This document shows positions 51,941-64,000 of a stretch of DNA of 64,000 nucleotides, one piece after another. Every line of letters starts with the position of its first letter. The stretch's first letter is position 1. Source of the DNA: Octopus sinensis. Its lineage: Eukaryota. The stretch lies in assembly GCF_006345805.1 (NCBI RefSeq), contig NC_043002.1, positions 67,642,001 through 67,706,000 of the forward strand, in the 5' to 3' direction. The notes beneath the pieces were generated by a model. It saw nothing but the letters and a program-made list of their open reading frames with translations, had not been told where the DNA came from and made no database searches. A program made the position numbers and the translations under genes.

Positions 51941-53123
51941 ATGAGCAAACCTTTATAAATAAAGAAATAATTCTAAAATTTTACTGTTATAAGTCTGTTC
52001 TAAACTTTACCAAAATGAATATTGATTTCTTTTACGCAGGCATGAGGTTTCAAAGTTTTTGAAGAGAAACAGTGAATTACTTGACAATTTACTTATTTTA
52101 TCAAGCAGAGAAGGATAAAAGGCAAAGCTAACTGCAGAGATCTGAATTCATAACTACGTACTTGACACTAGATAAACATTTTCCTAAAACTTTCAAAGAC
52201 CATACACACACAAACACAAACAAGCTTAAATCTGCCATGAATCCTAGGACTCATAAAGTTGGAGGTTAACCCTCTCAGACTTGGGCCTCTGTGTCTAACT
52301 TTACCCTCCACTTGGGCTCCTGAGCAAAAAAAATAAATAAATAGTTGCATATACAGCTTAAGACTAACAATAGCAGGTAAACAAATGGACAGAATCCCGA
52401 AAATAAAATTCAGGAGAATAACAGTAATAGGCCTATCTCTCAAGTAACATATTTGTTCACCCAAATCACTTCTCTCCTCATCCCTTTCAAATCACTCTCA
52501 CTGCCTACGTTAGGGTAAACTCCTCATCTGTAGAATAAATATCAATAATTTCTTCAACTGCAAAGAGTTTAGGCTTTGCTGATTTACAAGACAAAGTGCT
52601 GGGTTCATAACAAATTTTTTTTTTTCAATTAAAAACAAAAGTGAACAACAGCTATGGGGTGACACTATTAACGAGTCATAAACATGCTTGGCTACAAAGC
52701 TGTAATGTAATCAGTTGTCTATTTTTAGACAACTACTTCAGGAACGGCATCCAGCCATGCAAAATCTGCTTCAACAAATTCTGTCCACCCCATGCAAGTG
52801 TGGAAAACTGGACATTAACAAACGACGACAATAACAATGATATCATCAAGATGTGTAACAGAGAAAACTGAAATATTTTGAACACTTAAGTAGATGTAAT
52901 GGTTTACTGAAAACATGAACAGAAGACATAATGAACAGGAAAAGAAGGGGAAAAAAGACAAGAATTACTGGATAATACAGAGAAGCGAACATATTTAAAA
53001 TAAGGTGTATGTGTAAGAAGAGCACAAGGAACATTGAGATGGTGAGCCATGGTATTCAATATGATGAGGATGATGATGATGGTGGTCGTGGTCGTGGTAA
53101 TGATGAAGATGATGTACACATAC

Positions 53124-53224
53124 CTGCATTTCGTTTTTCTTGTGTTGCTAACGATTTATGAGCATCTTTCACAGCTTTCAATAACAAACATTTATTAGCT
53201 TGTAGTTCTGGAGGTATACTGGAC
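53124..53224 (-). CDS. ZC3H14: ZC3H14 exon
   Basis: ctacttcag|G TCC...GCA G|gtatgt; 101 nt, phase 2->1; SSIPPELQANKCLLLKAVKDAHKSLATQEKRNA. Confidence 0.94.
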
Positions 53225-54082
53225 CTGAAGTAGAAATCAGGACATTTTTCTTTGAATTAAAATTTTAGTGAAAACAAAAAAAACACCCTCATTGATGTCG
53301 GCTCCGGACCAATTGGATAATACAAACTAAATACAGAGTTGTGTTATTCAATCCACATGGAGCTAACATAAGACATCAATGGAGGTTTATAAGCCTTAAA
53401 AATCCATCCTGACACTGCCTACAGGTATAGCATAGTGGATAAAGACATTAGTTAATAATGCAGTGCAGTCAGCTAGAGGTGCTGAGTTCAATCCCATGTA
53501 GGGCACTAATGTGATCACAAGACACCCAAAGAAGACTGGAGTGTACAACAGCCGGAACATAGAGAGAGCAACAATGAAATGAAGACATTAGTCTGACTAA
53601 TGAAAACAGTGTACGTAATATAAATTCATTTTATATGATTTTTAAAATGAGAATATCTGAAATAAACTCGACTGCTCTCACAAACGAGAATACTAAAAAT
53701 GAACCCGACCGCTCTCAAAAATCAAGTTAAAAAACCCCTGGAAAATAATCCAGAATCCTTGTCTGTTACGTGATTGATCCCAATGATAAGTCATGGAATG
53801 TGAAGGTGGCTGTAGAAAATTTAGTAACAGTAATAAATAGTTTATCCTTTTCTAAGCCAAAGTTAACAAATTCACCATTCAAAATAGTTTCAAATGCAGA
53901 GATAATAATAATAAGTTCTACTCAGGAATTTTTAAATGAATAGAATAAGACCTTTTGGTTTTCTCTTCTCTTAAATTTCAGCCTTCTTTTAGCATTCCTG
54001 TTGTTTTAGATCAATGTATAGATGTATGTATATATGTAAGTATACTGTAATGTGTTAATATGTATATATAATATATAATATA

Positions 54083-54592
54083 CTAGCAGTATCGCCCGGC
54101 GTTGCTCAGGTTTGTAAGGGAAATAACTATATAAGCATTTTTAGAGAGTTACTTCCCTTATAGATGCCAATTCGGGCTTTCTTAGCCATTTCTGTTTTGG
54201 TGTCTTCAAGCCATGAAGTCGTTGTTCTAAAAGAACGCTGGTCTCCTTGACAACGCTTTACGACGTTGATTTCTTTACACTCCCTTCCCCACAGCTTCAC
54301 GAGGGAGGGAAGAAGGGGGAGAACACAGGTGCAGGTGTGACCATGGACGCCAACTCTGCCGCCATCGACACACGAAAAATTATGCATTAAAATGGAATAA
54401 AAAATGATGTTAAATTATTTTTTAAATCGTAGACTCATCGTAGACGCGCACTAATACCCAGACGGGCTCGATATGAATCGCGACTATAAGATACCCGAAT
54501 TTGGTTAAACTGCACCGCAAAATGTGGGAGTAGTTAGGAATCTAAATCGACGGGTACAGACACTCACACAACTACAGTTTTATATATATAGA
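54083..54592 (-). mobile_element. Non-autonomous Helitron
   Basis: Minus strand A|TCTATATATATAAAA...CCTGAGCAACGCCGGG hairpin...CTAG|T; A/T insertion site, no TSD. Confidence 0.88.
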
Positions 54593-54834
54593 TATATTAT
54601 AAAAATATGTTAGTGTTATTTAATTTCTGAATGATTTTTCTGCTGTTTGTTCATGTAGTTTGATTTCTTAATCCATCAATTTCTACTAAGAAAGAGATGC
54701 GAGGCGGAGGTAAAAAAAAAAACAGAAAGTGGAAAATTAGCTTGTTCTGTGTGGTTAATATGGGAGAACTTTAGCAGCCTTGAGCCCCAGTTTCTGATGG
54801 AGTTATAGGGGCACCATTGTGACACTGTATGCAC

Positions 54835-55845
54835 ATCCCACTGTAAATCTGATCTCAGCTGATTTGTGTCTGTGAATGAATGAGGACAGCTGTGTGAAAA
54901 AGTGTTGCACCCTAGCAGTTGAGGGAACCTGTGGAAGAGGTAGACCCAGTAAAACCTGGGATTAGGTGGTGAAGCACAACCTTCGAACATTGGGCCTTAC
55001 TGAGGCAATGACTAGTGACCGGGACCTTTGGAGATATGCTGTGCTTGAGAAGACCCAACAAGCCAAGTGAGACCATAGCTCATGGCCTATGCCAGTGGGT
55101 GTAACCAGCCCATTTATGAATACCCCCTCATTCATTGGACAATAAACCTTGCTTGTGAAGACATTGAAGCAAATGAAATCAAAATCAAAATTTGACGTGG
55201 CTGATGACAGTCCTACCTGATTGGCACTCATACCAGTGGAATGTTAAAAGCACATCCAAACGTGAGGTGTAACTGGCTCTCTTATGAGTATCCCTCATTC
55301 ATTGGACAATGAACTTTGCTTGTGAAGACCTACTGAGGCAAGTGTATACAAATCAAACTCGCTGACATGGCCGATGACAGTACCACCTGACTGGCACTTG
55401 AGCCAGTGGAACGTTAGAAGTACATCCGAGCGTGATCGTTACCAGGGCCATGGATTGGCTTCCATTCCGGTGACACGTGAAAAGCACCATTCGAGCATGA
55501 TCTTTGCCAGCATCGCTTTACCAGCACATGAAAAACAACATTTGAGCGTGGTCATTGCCAGTGCCGGTGGACTGGCTCCCATGCAGGTAGCACATAAAAA
55601 CACCTGTTGAGCATGGTCATTGCCAGAACCACCTGACTGGCCCTCGTACCGGTAGCACGTAAAAGCATCCACTACACTCTCGGAGTGGTTGGAGTTAGGA
55701 AGGGCATCCAACTGTAGAAACTTTGCCAGATCAGATTGAGCCTAGTGAAGCCTCTGGCTCACCAGTCCTCAGTCAAACTATCTCAGTCAAACTGTCTCAG
55801 TCAAACAAGCATGGAAAGCAGACATAAAAACGATGATGATGATGA
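54835..55845 (+). mobile_element. RTE-clade LINE 3' end: ORF tail, 3' UTR with about 60-bp repeats, (GAT)n tail
   Basis: GTCGRGRPSKTWD.VVKHNL followed contiguously by the family C sequence ending GGAAAGCAGACATAAAAACGATGATG. Confidence 0.85.
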
Positions 55846-55898
55846 ATGAATGAATGAGCGAGAGAGAGAGTTATATGAAGTTGGTTGTATAAACTTAC

Positions 55899-56035
55899 TT
55901 TCTTTCTGTGACTCGAATGACGCTAGCAACGCTGCCGTAAGAAGGATTGTATGGATCATATTCTTCTTCTTCTTCACTAGAATGGTGGATTATAGAGCCA
56001 ATTACTGAACCAGGAACCCGCCGCTTTCTGTTTTG
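55899..56035 (-). CDS. ZC3H14: ZC3H14 exon
   Basis: gtttttcag|CAA AAC AGA AAG CGG...AGA AA|gtaagt; 137 nt, phase 0->2; QNRKRRVPGSVIGSIIHHSSEEEEEYDPYNPSYGSVASVIRVTER. Confidence 0.93.
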
Positions 56036-56346
56036 CTGAAAAACACAGATTAGTATATTATATACAAATGAAATAGAAACAGAAGCAAAGCAATACATAT
56101 TAATCCAACAGATGAAATTTTCTTTGGTCATTTTATTCTGGTATTCAATCATTGAACTGTGGCTATGTTAAGGCATAACAAATTAACTCTAGCACTTATT
56201 TTTCAAAATTTGGTACTTATTCTATTGACATTTTTTTGTTGAACTTGGTTCAGTGGTTTTCTCAAAGTAGTTAACAAAAATAAAATTTTGAACAGTCATA
56301 TCCGCTTTCCTCATTCAAAGGGTTAATAAATACACAAACAACTTAC

Positions 56347-56753
56347 CCTGGCAAGCTGTAGTTGTTGTTGTTCTTTAGATATGATAGGATGAGTGATGAC
56401 TTTTGGTATTTGACCCTTATGAGAGTTTGAAATGAGGTCCATTTGCAAACGAGATGTTATTGGCTTACTTTTGGGGAAAACATAAGCTGCAGACTGAGAG
56501 GAAATTGTATTTTCATTAGAAATGGAAGATTGAGTCTGTGAAGTAATATTATTAGATGCAGAGTTCAAGTAAAACATGGATGGCTGCACACGGGAGGTCA
56601 TTTTTGTGGTTGTGGTAGAAATGGAAGGTGCAGTTTTTAAGTCTGAATTTACTTTATTAATTTTGTCACATGTTGTTGTTAAGGTTTTAGTGATGTCCGA
56701 TTTCTCTGTAGCGTTTAGTGTGTTGATTTCTTCTTGTTCTTCATTAAATTCAT
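56347..56753 (-). CDS. ZC3H14: ZC3H14 exon (low-complexity linker)
   Basis: ttttttcag|AT GAA TTT...GCC AGG|gtaagt; 407 nt, phase 1->0; includes most of listed ORF 56323..56601. Confidence 0.9.
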
Positions 56754-57059
56754 CTGAAAAAAAAAAGAAAGGGAATGTAATCCAAGTTAGTTAAGAAAAA
56801 TATCTAGTGTTTATAAACAGGTGTGTAGGAGTGGCTGTATGGCCAAGAAGGTTCCGAGTTGAGTAAATGGCTTCTACTGTAACCCCAAACCATACCAATG
56901 CTTTGTGGGTGGGTTTGGCAGACAGAAACAAAAAGAAGCTTGCCATATATCTACTACATATGTGGGAAATTCTGTCAGTGGGTGTGTTTGTGGAGTTGTA
57001 AGCTAACTCCTACATCATTTTATCAGGCAGGTGTCTTCTATTGTAGACAGGCAGGTGTC

Positions 57060-57300
57060 TTCTCGAGCCATGCCAGGCTTATAAGGGCCAGTTTCCCGGT
57101 TTCAGTGACGTAGAAATCCCCCACCTGGACGGGATGCCGGTCCGTCGCAGGATTACTAATTTTTGCCAGCTGAGTGGACTGGAGTAACGTGAAATAAAGT
57201 GTTTTGCTCAAGAACACAATGCATCGCCCGGTCCAGGAATCGAAACCACAACCTTACGATCATGAGTTCAACACCCTAACCACTAAGCTACGTGCCTCCA
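57060..57300 (-). mobile_element. tRNA-headed SINE sharing its tail with the 61144-61446 copy
   Basis: Related head, different middle (GTGTTCTTGAGCAAAACAC); TSD CTATTGTAGACA. Confidence 0.8.
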
Positions 57301-57966
57301 CTATTGTAGACATGGGACAAATAATGCCTTGTGAGTATGGAAGCCCATCATGTGTGTGTGTGTGTGTGTGTCTTTGTTTTTGTCTTTGTCAGTGTTAATT
57401 TGTTTACAGTGTTAGTTTGTTTACATCCCCATAACATAGCAGTTAAGCAAAAGAGACCCCATAGAACTTTAAAAAAAATAATGTCCTGAGGTCGATTTGT
57501 TTGACTAAACCCTTCAAGATGGTGCTCCAGAATGGTCACAGTTCAATTCCTGAAACAAAGCAAAAGGCAAAAAGTACGAAAGATATGGCAAAATGTTGAT
57601 TTAAACTTTCAGCCCAGGAACTGGTAATCTTCTCAGCCATTTCATTGCTATTCAATATAAGATATACTATAAAAACCCATGTAATTTGTGCACCTGTGTA
57701 ATTTACACAGGTGACTTTCAGGATAGAATTTGTTAAAAAAATGCTTCTACTCATGTAAAATTCACACCCAAAAGTTTTCAGAATTGCCGATATGGCCAGG
57801 GGAAAAAGGTTTTCAATTTAATTGTATTTAGCATAAGTTAACTTACTTATGATTAGATTTTATTAAATTTTCATTAAATAAAAATGATTTCTGTTTAACA
57901 GGTATCACATTAAAAGCTATTAAATTACAAAGTGCTTGTGTTGTTTCTAATAAAATTTCTTTTTAC

Positions 57967-58098
57967 CTGTTTCCGTCTGCAGTAACAATTCTGGAATCAG
58001 CTCATGTTCTTTGTTATCAGTGCCATTACTGTTGCTTCTAAGATTCTTTGTAGTGTTTACTTCCTGTGGAATTACGGCAGCTACACTCGGTGGGTTTC
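57967..58098 (-). CDS. ZC3H14: ZC3H14 exon
   Basis: tttcgtttttag|GA AAC...ACA G|gtaaaa; 132 nt, phase 1->1, open: NPPSVAAVIPQEVNTTKNLRSNSNGTDNKEHELIPELLLQTET. Confidence 0.85.
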
Positions 58099-58592
58099 CT
58101 AAAAACGAAAATACATTATGTTATTAAAACAGACAAATGACAGTTTATTTTAATGATTGATATTCCATACATATATTCATCAAATTCTTTAAATTAACCA
58201 ACAACCAATAGGTGGAGACGTGGTTGTGTGGTTAAGAAGTTTGCTCCCCAACCATGTGGCCTCAGGTTCAGTCCCACTGTGCAGCACCTTGGGTAAATGT
58301 CTACTATAGTCCTGGGCTGACCAAAGTTTTGTGGGTGGATATAGTAGAAGGAAACTGAAAGAAGCTAGATATATATGTGTGTGTGTGTGTATCTCCTTGA
58401 ACATTTAATTGTGGTTTTCGAGTCAAGATTTGGCTGCTATTTCCAGCATGGTGGTATCTCTTAGATACCCTAAATTATAATTTTAATAATAATTATTACC
58501 TTTGAAGGTTTTTTATTCCCATGCTGGCCACTTGATAAGATCAATACTTAAATTAACGATCTTATCCTTATTTATATAAATATATATATATA

Positions 58593-58763
58593 GGCGCAGG
58601 AGTGGCTGTGTGGTAAGTAGCTTGCTAACCAACCACATGGTTCCGGGTTCAGTCCCACTGCGTGGCACCTTGGGCAAGTGTCTTCTGCTATAGCCCCGGG
58701 CCTACCAATGCCTTGTGAGTAGATTTGGTAGACGGAAACTGAAAGAAGCCTGTCGTATATATG

Positions 58764-58798
<35 letters not shown>

Positions 58799-59010
58799 TT
58801 GTTTGTGTGTCTGTGTTTGTCCCCCTAGCATTGCTTGACAACTGATGCTGGTGAGTTTACGTCCCCGTCACTTAGCGGTTCGACAAAAGAGACCGATAGA
58901 ATAAGTACTGGGCTTACAAAGAATAAGTCCCAGGGTCGATTTGCTCGACTAAAGGCGGTGCTCCAGTATGGCCGCAGTCAAATGACTGAAACAAGTAAAA
59001 GAGTAAAGAG
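58593..59010 (+). mobile_element. tRNA-derived SINE family B (CORE-like), full-length representative
   Basis: GGCGCAGGAGTGGCTGTGTGGT A-box, GGGTTCAGTCCC B-box-like, CACCTTGGGCAAGTG CORE-like segment, internal (TA)n/(TG)n, tail ...GACTGAAACAAGTAAAAGAG. Other copies at about 2590-2965, 4066-4500, 6880-7265(-), 9305-9772, 16073-16525, 18327-18730, 19870-20245(-), 25840-26215(-), 26805-27255(-), 30628-30897(-), 35265-35585(-), 60290-60645(-) and 63060-63780. Confidence 0.88.
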
Positions 59011-60696
59011 AAAAAGAGTATATATTATGAGTGTGTGTTTGTGCATACCTTTGTTTAGATATCATGTGATGATTGTAAATGAGTGTCATACAAATGGTGT
59101 TGTTCCTTTCCAGGCTTCTGTAAAAAACATGCTTAGTTATGGGGGAAATATTACCATGCTTAGAAACAGGTAACGGTTGGTGACAGGAAGGGCATCTAAC
59201 CATAGAAAATCCACCTCAACAAATTCTGCCTGACCTATGCAAACACGGAATAGTGAATATTAAACGATGTTCCTGCTACTGCTGATGATGATGATGATGA
59301 CAACATGATCGGTGACCATCCCAACAACTGCAGCTTCATTCTCTAAATTCTCCAAGTTGAATGAGTTTGTAACACAACATCTTTGTATGTTTTCATTCTG
59401 CATGCTCTTTTCGAGGAGATTAAACTTTTTGAAGTATGATATACACAATTCATTTCAAGTAATTTCTGGTGTACCTCTCCTGCCAGTTGCCTCTTACATT
59501 TAACTCACAGCACTTGGATATTCAGGATGTATGACTTATTTTTACATTCTACATTTCATATTTCATGCACCTTTCTAAGCCGGCGACCTGGTAGAAGTGT
59601 TAGCATTAAGGTGGCGGGCTGGAAGAAACGTTAGCACTCCAGGCGAAATGCTTAGCGGTATTTCGTCTGCCGTTACATTCTGAGTTCAAATTCCGCTGAG
59701 GTCGACTTTGCCTTTCATCCTTTCATGGTCGATAAATTAAGTACCAGTTACACACTGGGGTCGATGTAATCAACTTAATCCCTTTGTCTGTCCTTGTTTG
59801 TCCCCTCTATGTTTAGCCCCCTGTGGGCAATAAAGAAATAAGAAATGTTAGCATGCTGGGCAAAATGCTTAACGGCATTTCAACTGTCTTTAACTTCTGA
59901 GTTCAAATTATGTCAAGGTCAACTTTGCCTTTCATCCTTTCGGGGACAATAAATTAAGTACCAGTTGTGTACTGGGGTCAATCTAATCAACTGGCCCCCC
60001 ACCGCCAAAATTTCGGGCCTTGTGCCTAGAGTAGAAAAGATTCCATGCACCTTTCTATCTAACCCTTTAAGAGTTCTTTCAGATAATGAGGGCGTCAATG
60101 ATTATCATGGTCACAGTACAACTTCAATATCTGATTTTCCAAGTTGACGTGAGTTATTCAGTCCATAAGCATATGGACAGAAGGTTGATATCTTATAACC
60201 AACACAGAAAACATGGTTAAAAACAGTGAAAAGCGGCCTCTTCATTGGTGATTAGTGTCTCTGCAATGTGTTGATACTTTTAATTTCTTTTACTTGGTTT
60301 AGTTACTAGACTGAGGCCATGCTAGGGCACTGCCCTGAAGAATTTTTAGTCAAAAGAATCAACCCCGGTACTTATTTTCTGTAAGCCTGGTACTTATTCT
60401 GTTGGGTTTACAGTGATGTAAACACACGAACACCAGTTGTCAAGCAGTGGTGGGGGACAAACACAGACACAAAGACACACACACACACACATGATGGGCT
60501 TCTTTCAGTTTCCATCTTCCAAATCCACTCACAAGGCTTTTTGGTCAGCCCAAGGCAATATAGAAGACATTTGCCCAAGGTGCCAAGTAGTGGGACTGAA
60601 CTTGGAACCCTGGCACTGGGAAGCAAACTTCCTACCACAGCCACACATGGAAACAAAATGCAATGGATATAAAGCAACTGTAAAATACATTCTTAC

Positions 60697-60737
60697 CTAT
60701 AGTAATAGCTTTCAATTTATTCAGAATAGACAGCAAC
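60697..60737 (-). CDS. ZC3H14: ZC3H14 exon, end of PWI-like domain
   Basis: cctttcacag|G TTG...ATA G|gtaaga; 41 nt, phase 2->1; (W)LLSILNKLKAITI. Confidence 0.92.
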
Positions 60738-61143
60738 CTGTGAAAGGAATTGAATAAATAGAGATATAACAGAGAAAAGCTTGAAACTAAATTTGTCACT
60801 TAATATGATATTCTTACAATGTCAATACAAAAGACTTCCTTAGCAAAATATTTTGTAATTATTATAGAACAGTGATGGTGAACCTGTGAAATGTATGTCA
60901 ATACATCATGGGCCTTTAGGTGTGACTTTGAAAAAACAATTCTCCCTGTAATATCCAGTATAACATCATACTTTGTGAGTAAGTTTGCTGAGAGAAACTG
61001 TCTGGAGGTCTATTGTGTGTGTGTGTGTGTGTGTGTAGTAATTATACCACTTTACAGGAAGAAGAGTGGATGTTGGTAATCTAACTGGAGCTCTAAATTT
61101 GCCACAGGGATAAATGAATATTCATCTTAGGTAGAGGTTGTGT

Positions 61144-61446
61144 TGTTTGTTCCTTCTTGAGCCATGCCTGGCTCATAAGGGCCGGTTTCCCAGTTTCCTT
61201 GGCGTATAGGTTCCCCACCTGGACAGGACGCCAGTCCGTTACAGGTGAGCTGCAAGATTCAGGAGGAAAGAGTGAGAGAAAGTTGTGGCGAAAGAGTCAG
61301 CAGAAGTTCGCCATCACCTTCTGCTGGAGCCGCATGGAGCTTAGGTGTTTCACTCATAAACACACACATCGCCCGGTCTGAGATTCGAACCCACGATCAC
61401 TCAACCGCGAGTTCGCTGCTCTAACCACTAAGCCATGTGCCTCCAC
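61144..61446 (-). mobile_element. Family D-headed SINE with a third tail type
   Basis: Head on minus strand at 61446; flanked by a 111-bp direct repeat. Confidence 0.8.
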
Positions 61447-61860
61447 GTGTAGTAATTATACCACTTTACAGGAAAAAGAGTGGATGTTGGTAATCTAAAT
61501 GGAGCTCTAAATTTGCCATAGGGATAAATGAATATTCATCATAGGCAGAGACTGTGTGGTTAAGAAGTTTGCTTCTCAACTGCATGATTCTGAGTCCAGT
61601 CCCATTGCATGGCATCTTAGGAAAGATTCTTCAACCGTAGTCTCAGCCCAACCAAAGCCTTGTGAGTGGAATTGGTAAGTGGAAACTGAAAAGTAGCCCA
61701 TTATATATACGAAGGCGGTGAGCTGGCAGAAACGTTAGCACGCCGGGCGAAATGCTTACTGGTATTTTGTCTGCCGTTATGTTCTGAGTTCAAATTCCGC
61801 CGAGGTCGACTTTGCCTTTCATCCTTTCGGGGTCGATAAATAAAAGAAATATATATATAC

Positions 61861-61896
<36 letters not shown>

Positions 61897-62421
61897 ATGT
61901 GCGTGTGAGTGTGAGCATGAGTATGTTTGTGCGTCTCCTAGTCTCGACATAGTGTGAGAGATGTAAGTGAATGTCACTGTCAACCAAGTCATTTCCAATA
62001 TACTGTGAAAACATTTCTGGCCATGAAGAAATATTGTCTGACTTGGAAACAAATGAGAGTTGGCAACAGGAAGGGCATACGGCTGTAAAACACCTACCTC
62101 AATAGATTCTAGCTGACCCACGCAAGCATGGAAAAGTGGACATTATAATGATGATGATGATCATTATTATTATTGAAACTGTTGTGTCCAACCTTCCTTG
62201 GAAACTACAGGAAATAAGTTTCCAAACTACAGTTTGGAAATAAGTTAGGGCTGACAACAGGAAAAGTAACTAGCTATAGAAAATCTGCATAAAGAAACTC
62301 TGTCTGATCTATGAACGCATTGAAAAGTGGACATTAAATGGTGATGGATAATGGATTTAGAAAAGTCACTACAACAATACAAAATATAGAACTTGCAAAT
62401 CAAATTAAATTAATTACTCAC

Positions 62422-62536
62422 CAAGCAGTAAATTTTTCAGTGCTATTGCCAAGGAATAAATGAAGATCCTCGTTCATTTGTTCCCGGGTCTTTTTATTAG
62501 CAACCATCACCATGATGTAGTCAGGTAGTTCTTCAT
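62422..62536 (-). CDS. ZC3H14: ZC3H14 exon, PWI-like domain
   Basis: gttatag|AT GAA...GCT TG|gtgagt; 115 nt, phase 1->2; (D)EELPDYIMVMVANKKTREQMNEDLHLFLGNSTEKFTA(W). Confidence 0.96.
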
Positions 62537-63308
62537 CTATAACATAAACATCTTAATTAGAATATACAATTTGTAAATGGAATTAACTGATTATATGTCT
62601 CAACATCATTTAATCATCATTTATATTAATATATTTTGAACAGCTAGAAAAATCAATTGGTAGAGGTTTACTTCACTAGGATTAAAACAATTAGTAGGTT
62701 TTCAAATATTTTCCTTAGTTACAAAATTCAATGTCTATTTTTTTAAAAATGACTCCCTTATGAACCTAACCTGTACACTGTGTCCCTGTTGAATCCCTTC
62801 CCAACAACACAGCCTTCTAGTACCCCTCCCTCTATTTATCTCCACTCTCTACGTTCCCTCCCCTTTCGCAATCTCGCACACTTACCCACCCACTCAGCCT
62901 ATCCAATCCTTGGTCCTCTTTGTGTGCACCTCCCTGAAACTTTACCATACCATCTTCTCTCCCATCCCTCTTCTACAGAAGTGGCCATGTACCTCCTTTA
63001 CTGCAAGACACCTCTTTATGTTCCTCTGTTCATACTCTAAATTCCCGTCATCTGGCTCAAAGCCATCTCACTCTGCAACCATGTGGGTTCAGGTTCAATT
63101 CCACTGGGTGGCATCTCGGATAAGTGTACTTCTACTATAGCCCTAGGCTGACCCATGCCTTGTGAATGAATCTGGTAGATGGAAACAGTGTGGAAGCCTG
63201 TATGTATACTTGTGTATAGGAGTGTGCATGCTTTTGTGTTTGTGTGTATGCACTTGTATTTCTCTACCACTGTTTAATAACTGGTATTGGTTTGTTTACA
63301 TCCCCATA

Positions 63309-63692
63309 GTGGAGGCACAATGGCCCAGTGGTTAGGGCAGTGGACTCGCTGTCTTAGGATCGCGGTTTCAATTCCCAGACCAAGCGTTGTGAGTGTTTAT
63401 TGAGTGAAAAACACCTAAAGCTCCACGTGGCTCCGGCAGGGGGTGGTGATCCCTGCTGTACTCTTTCACCACACTTTCTCCCACTCTTTCTTCCTGTTTC
63501 TGTTGTACCTGTATTTCAAAGGGCCAGCCTTGTCACACTCTGTGTCACACTGAATCTCCCCGAGAACTATGTTAAGAGTACTCGTGTCTGTGGAGTGCTC
63601 GGCCACTTGCACATTAATTTCACAAGCAGGCTGTTCCATTGATCGAATCAACTGGAACACTCGTCGTCGTAACCTACGGAGTGCCAACAATA
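63309..63692 (+). mobile_element. Family D-headed SINE with a different 3' tail, inserted in a family B SINE
   Basis: 12-bp TSD TACATCCCCATA (63297-63308, 63693-63704). Confidence 0.85.
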
Positions 63693-64000
63693 TACATCCC
63701 CATAACTTAGCAGTTCAACCAAACCCCTCAAGGTAGTGTCCTAGAAAGGTTGCAGTCTAAAGATTAAAACAAGTAAAGAGCAAAATCCTTCATCAGATTA
63801 ACAAATAATCTGTACAAAATAAAACCAGGCTCCCAGCAAGAGGTTATCATGACCTTGCAACACAATACCCTCAATACTTCTCCTAGATGTCAAAAACTAA
63901 AACTACACCCTCTTCTCTATCAACTTGGATGTAGTAAAAAATGTGTGTGTGTGTGCAGCAGCAACATCGTTCTAGATGTTCCAACCTAGACCCCTACAAA

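Larger units (their letters stand above)
41639..62536 (-). other. ZC3H14: ZC3H14/Nab2 gene span (5'-incomplete; first coding exons beyond window end)
   Basis: 12 GT-AG exons join in frame (1837 nt). Motifs EELPDYIMVMVANKK, RKRRVPGSV, QANKCLLLKAVKDAHKS and FIVTLDG plus five CCCH fingers match the ZC3H14 family as I know it. Confidence 0.95.

Noticed and set aside
62537-64000. Search for the first ZC3H14 coding exons
   Set aside because: No matching exon found; presumed outside the window.

Overview
AT-rich, microsatellite- and retroposon-dense animal genomic DNA. The repeat families (tRNA-headed SINEs, RTE LINE 3' ends, AAT/CAT/ATAC repeats) look like coleoid cephalopod, probably Octopus; this is recognition, not a database result. 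One protein-coding gene is supported: a ZC3H14/Nab2 poly(A)-binding protein gene on the minus strand. I reconstructed 12 phase-compatible GT-AG exons from 62536 down to 41730, plus a probable 7-nt terminal coding exon. They encode a PWI-like N-terminus and five C-terminal CCCH fingers; the first coding exons lie beyond the right edge. Almost all other listed ORFs are microsatellite or repeat artefacts. The rest is SINEs, RTE and Penelope fragments, Helitron/Helentron-like, piggyBac-, hAT- and Tc1/mariner-type MITEs, and a 1.8-kb tandem duplication ending in a fold-back palindrome. Most intriguing is a TSD-flanked non-autonomous element (17602-18028) that joins a tRNA-like Pol III promoter, a pre-miRNA-like hairpin and a Penelope-type minimal hammerhead ribozyme motif. 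Related copies sit at about 14.2 kb and 24.1 kb, and a second hammerhead type at 32.9 kb lies downstream of a Penelope GIY-YIG fragment. Gene coordinates were counted by hand; repeat boundaries are approximate.
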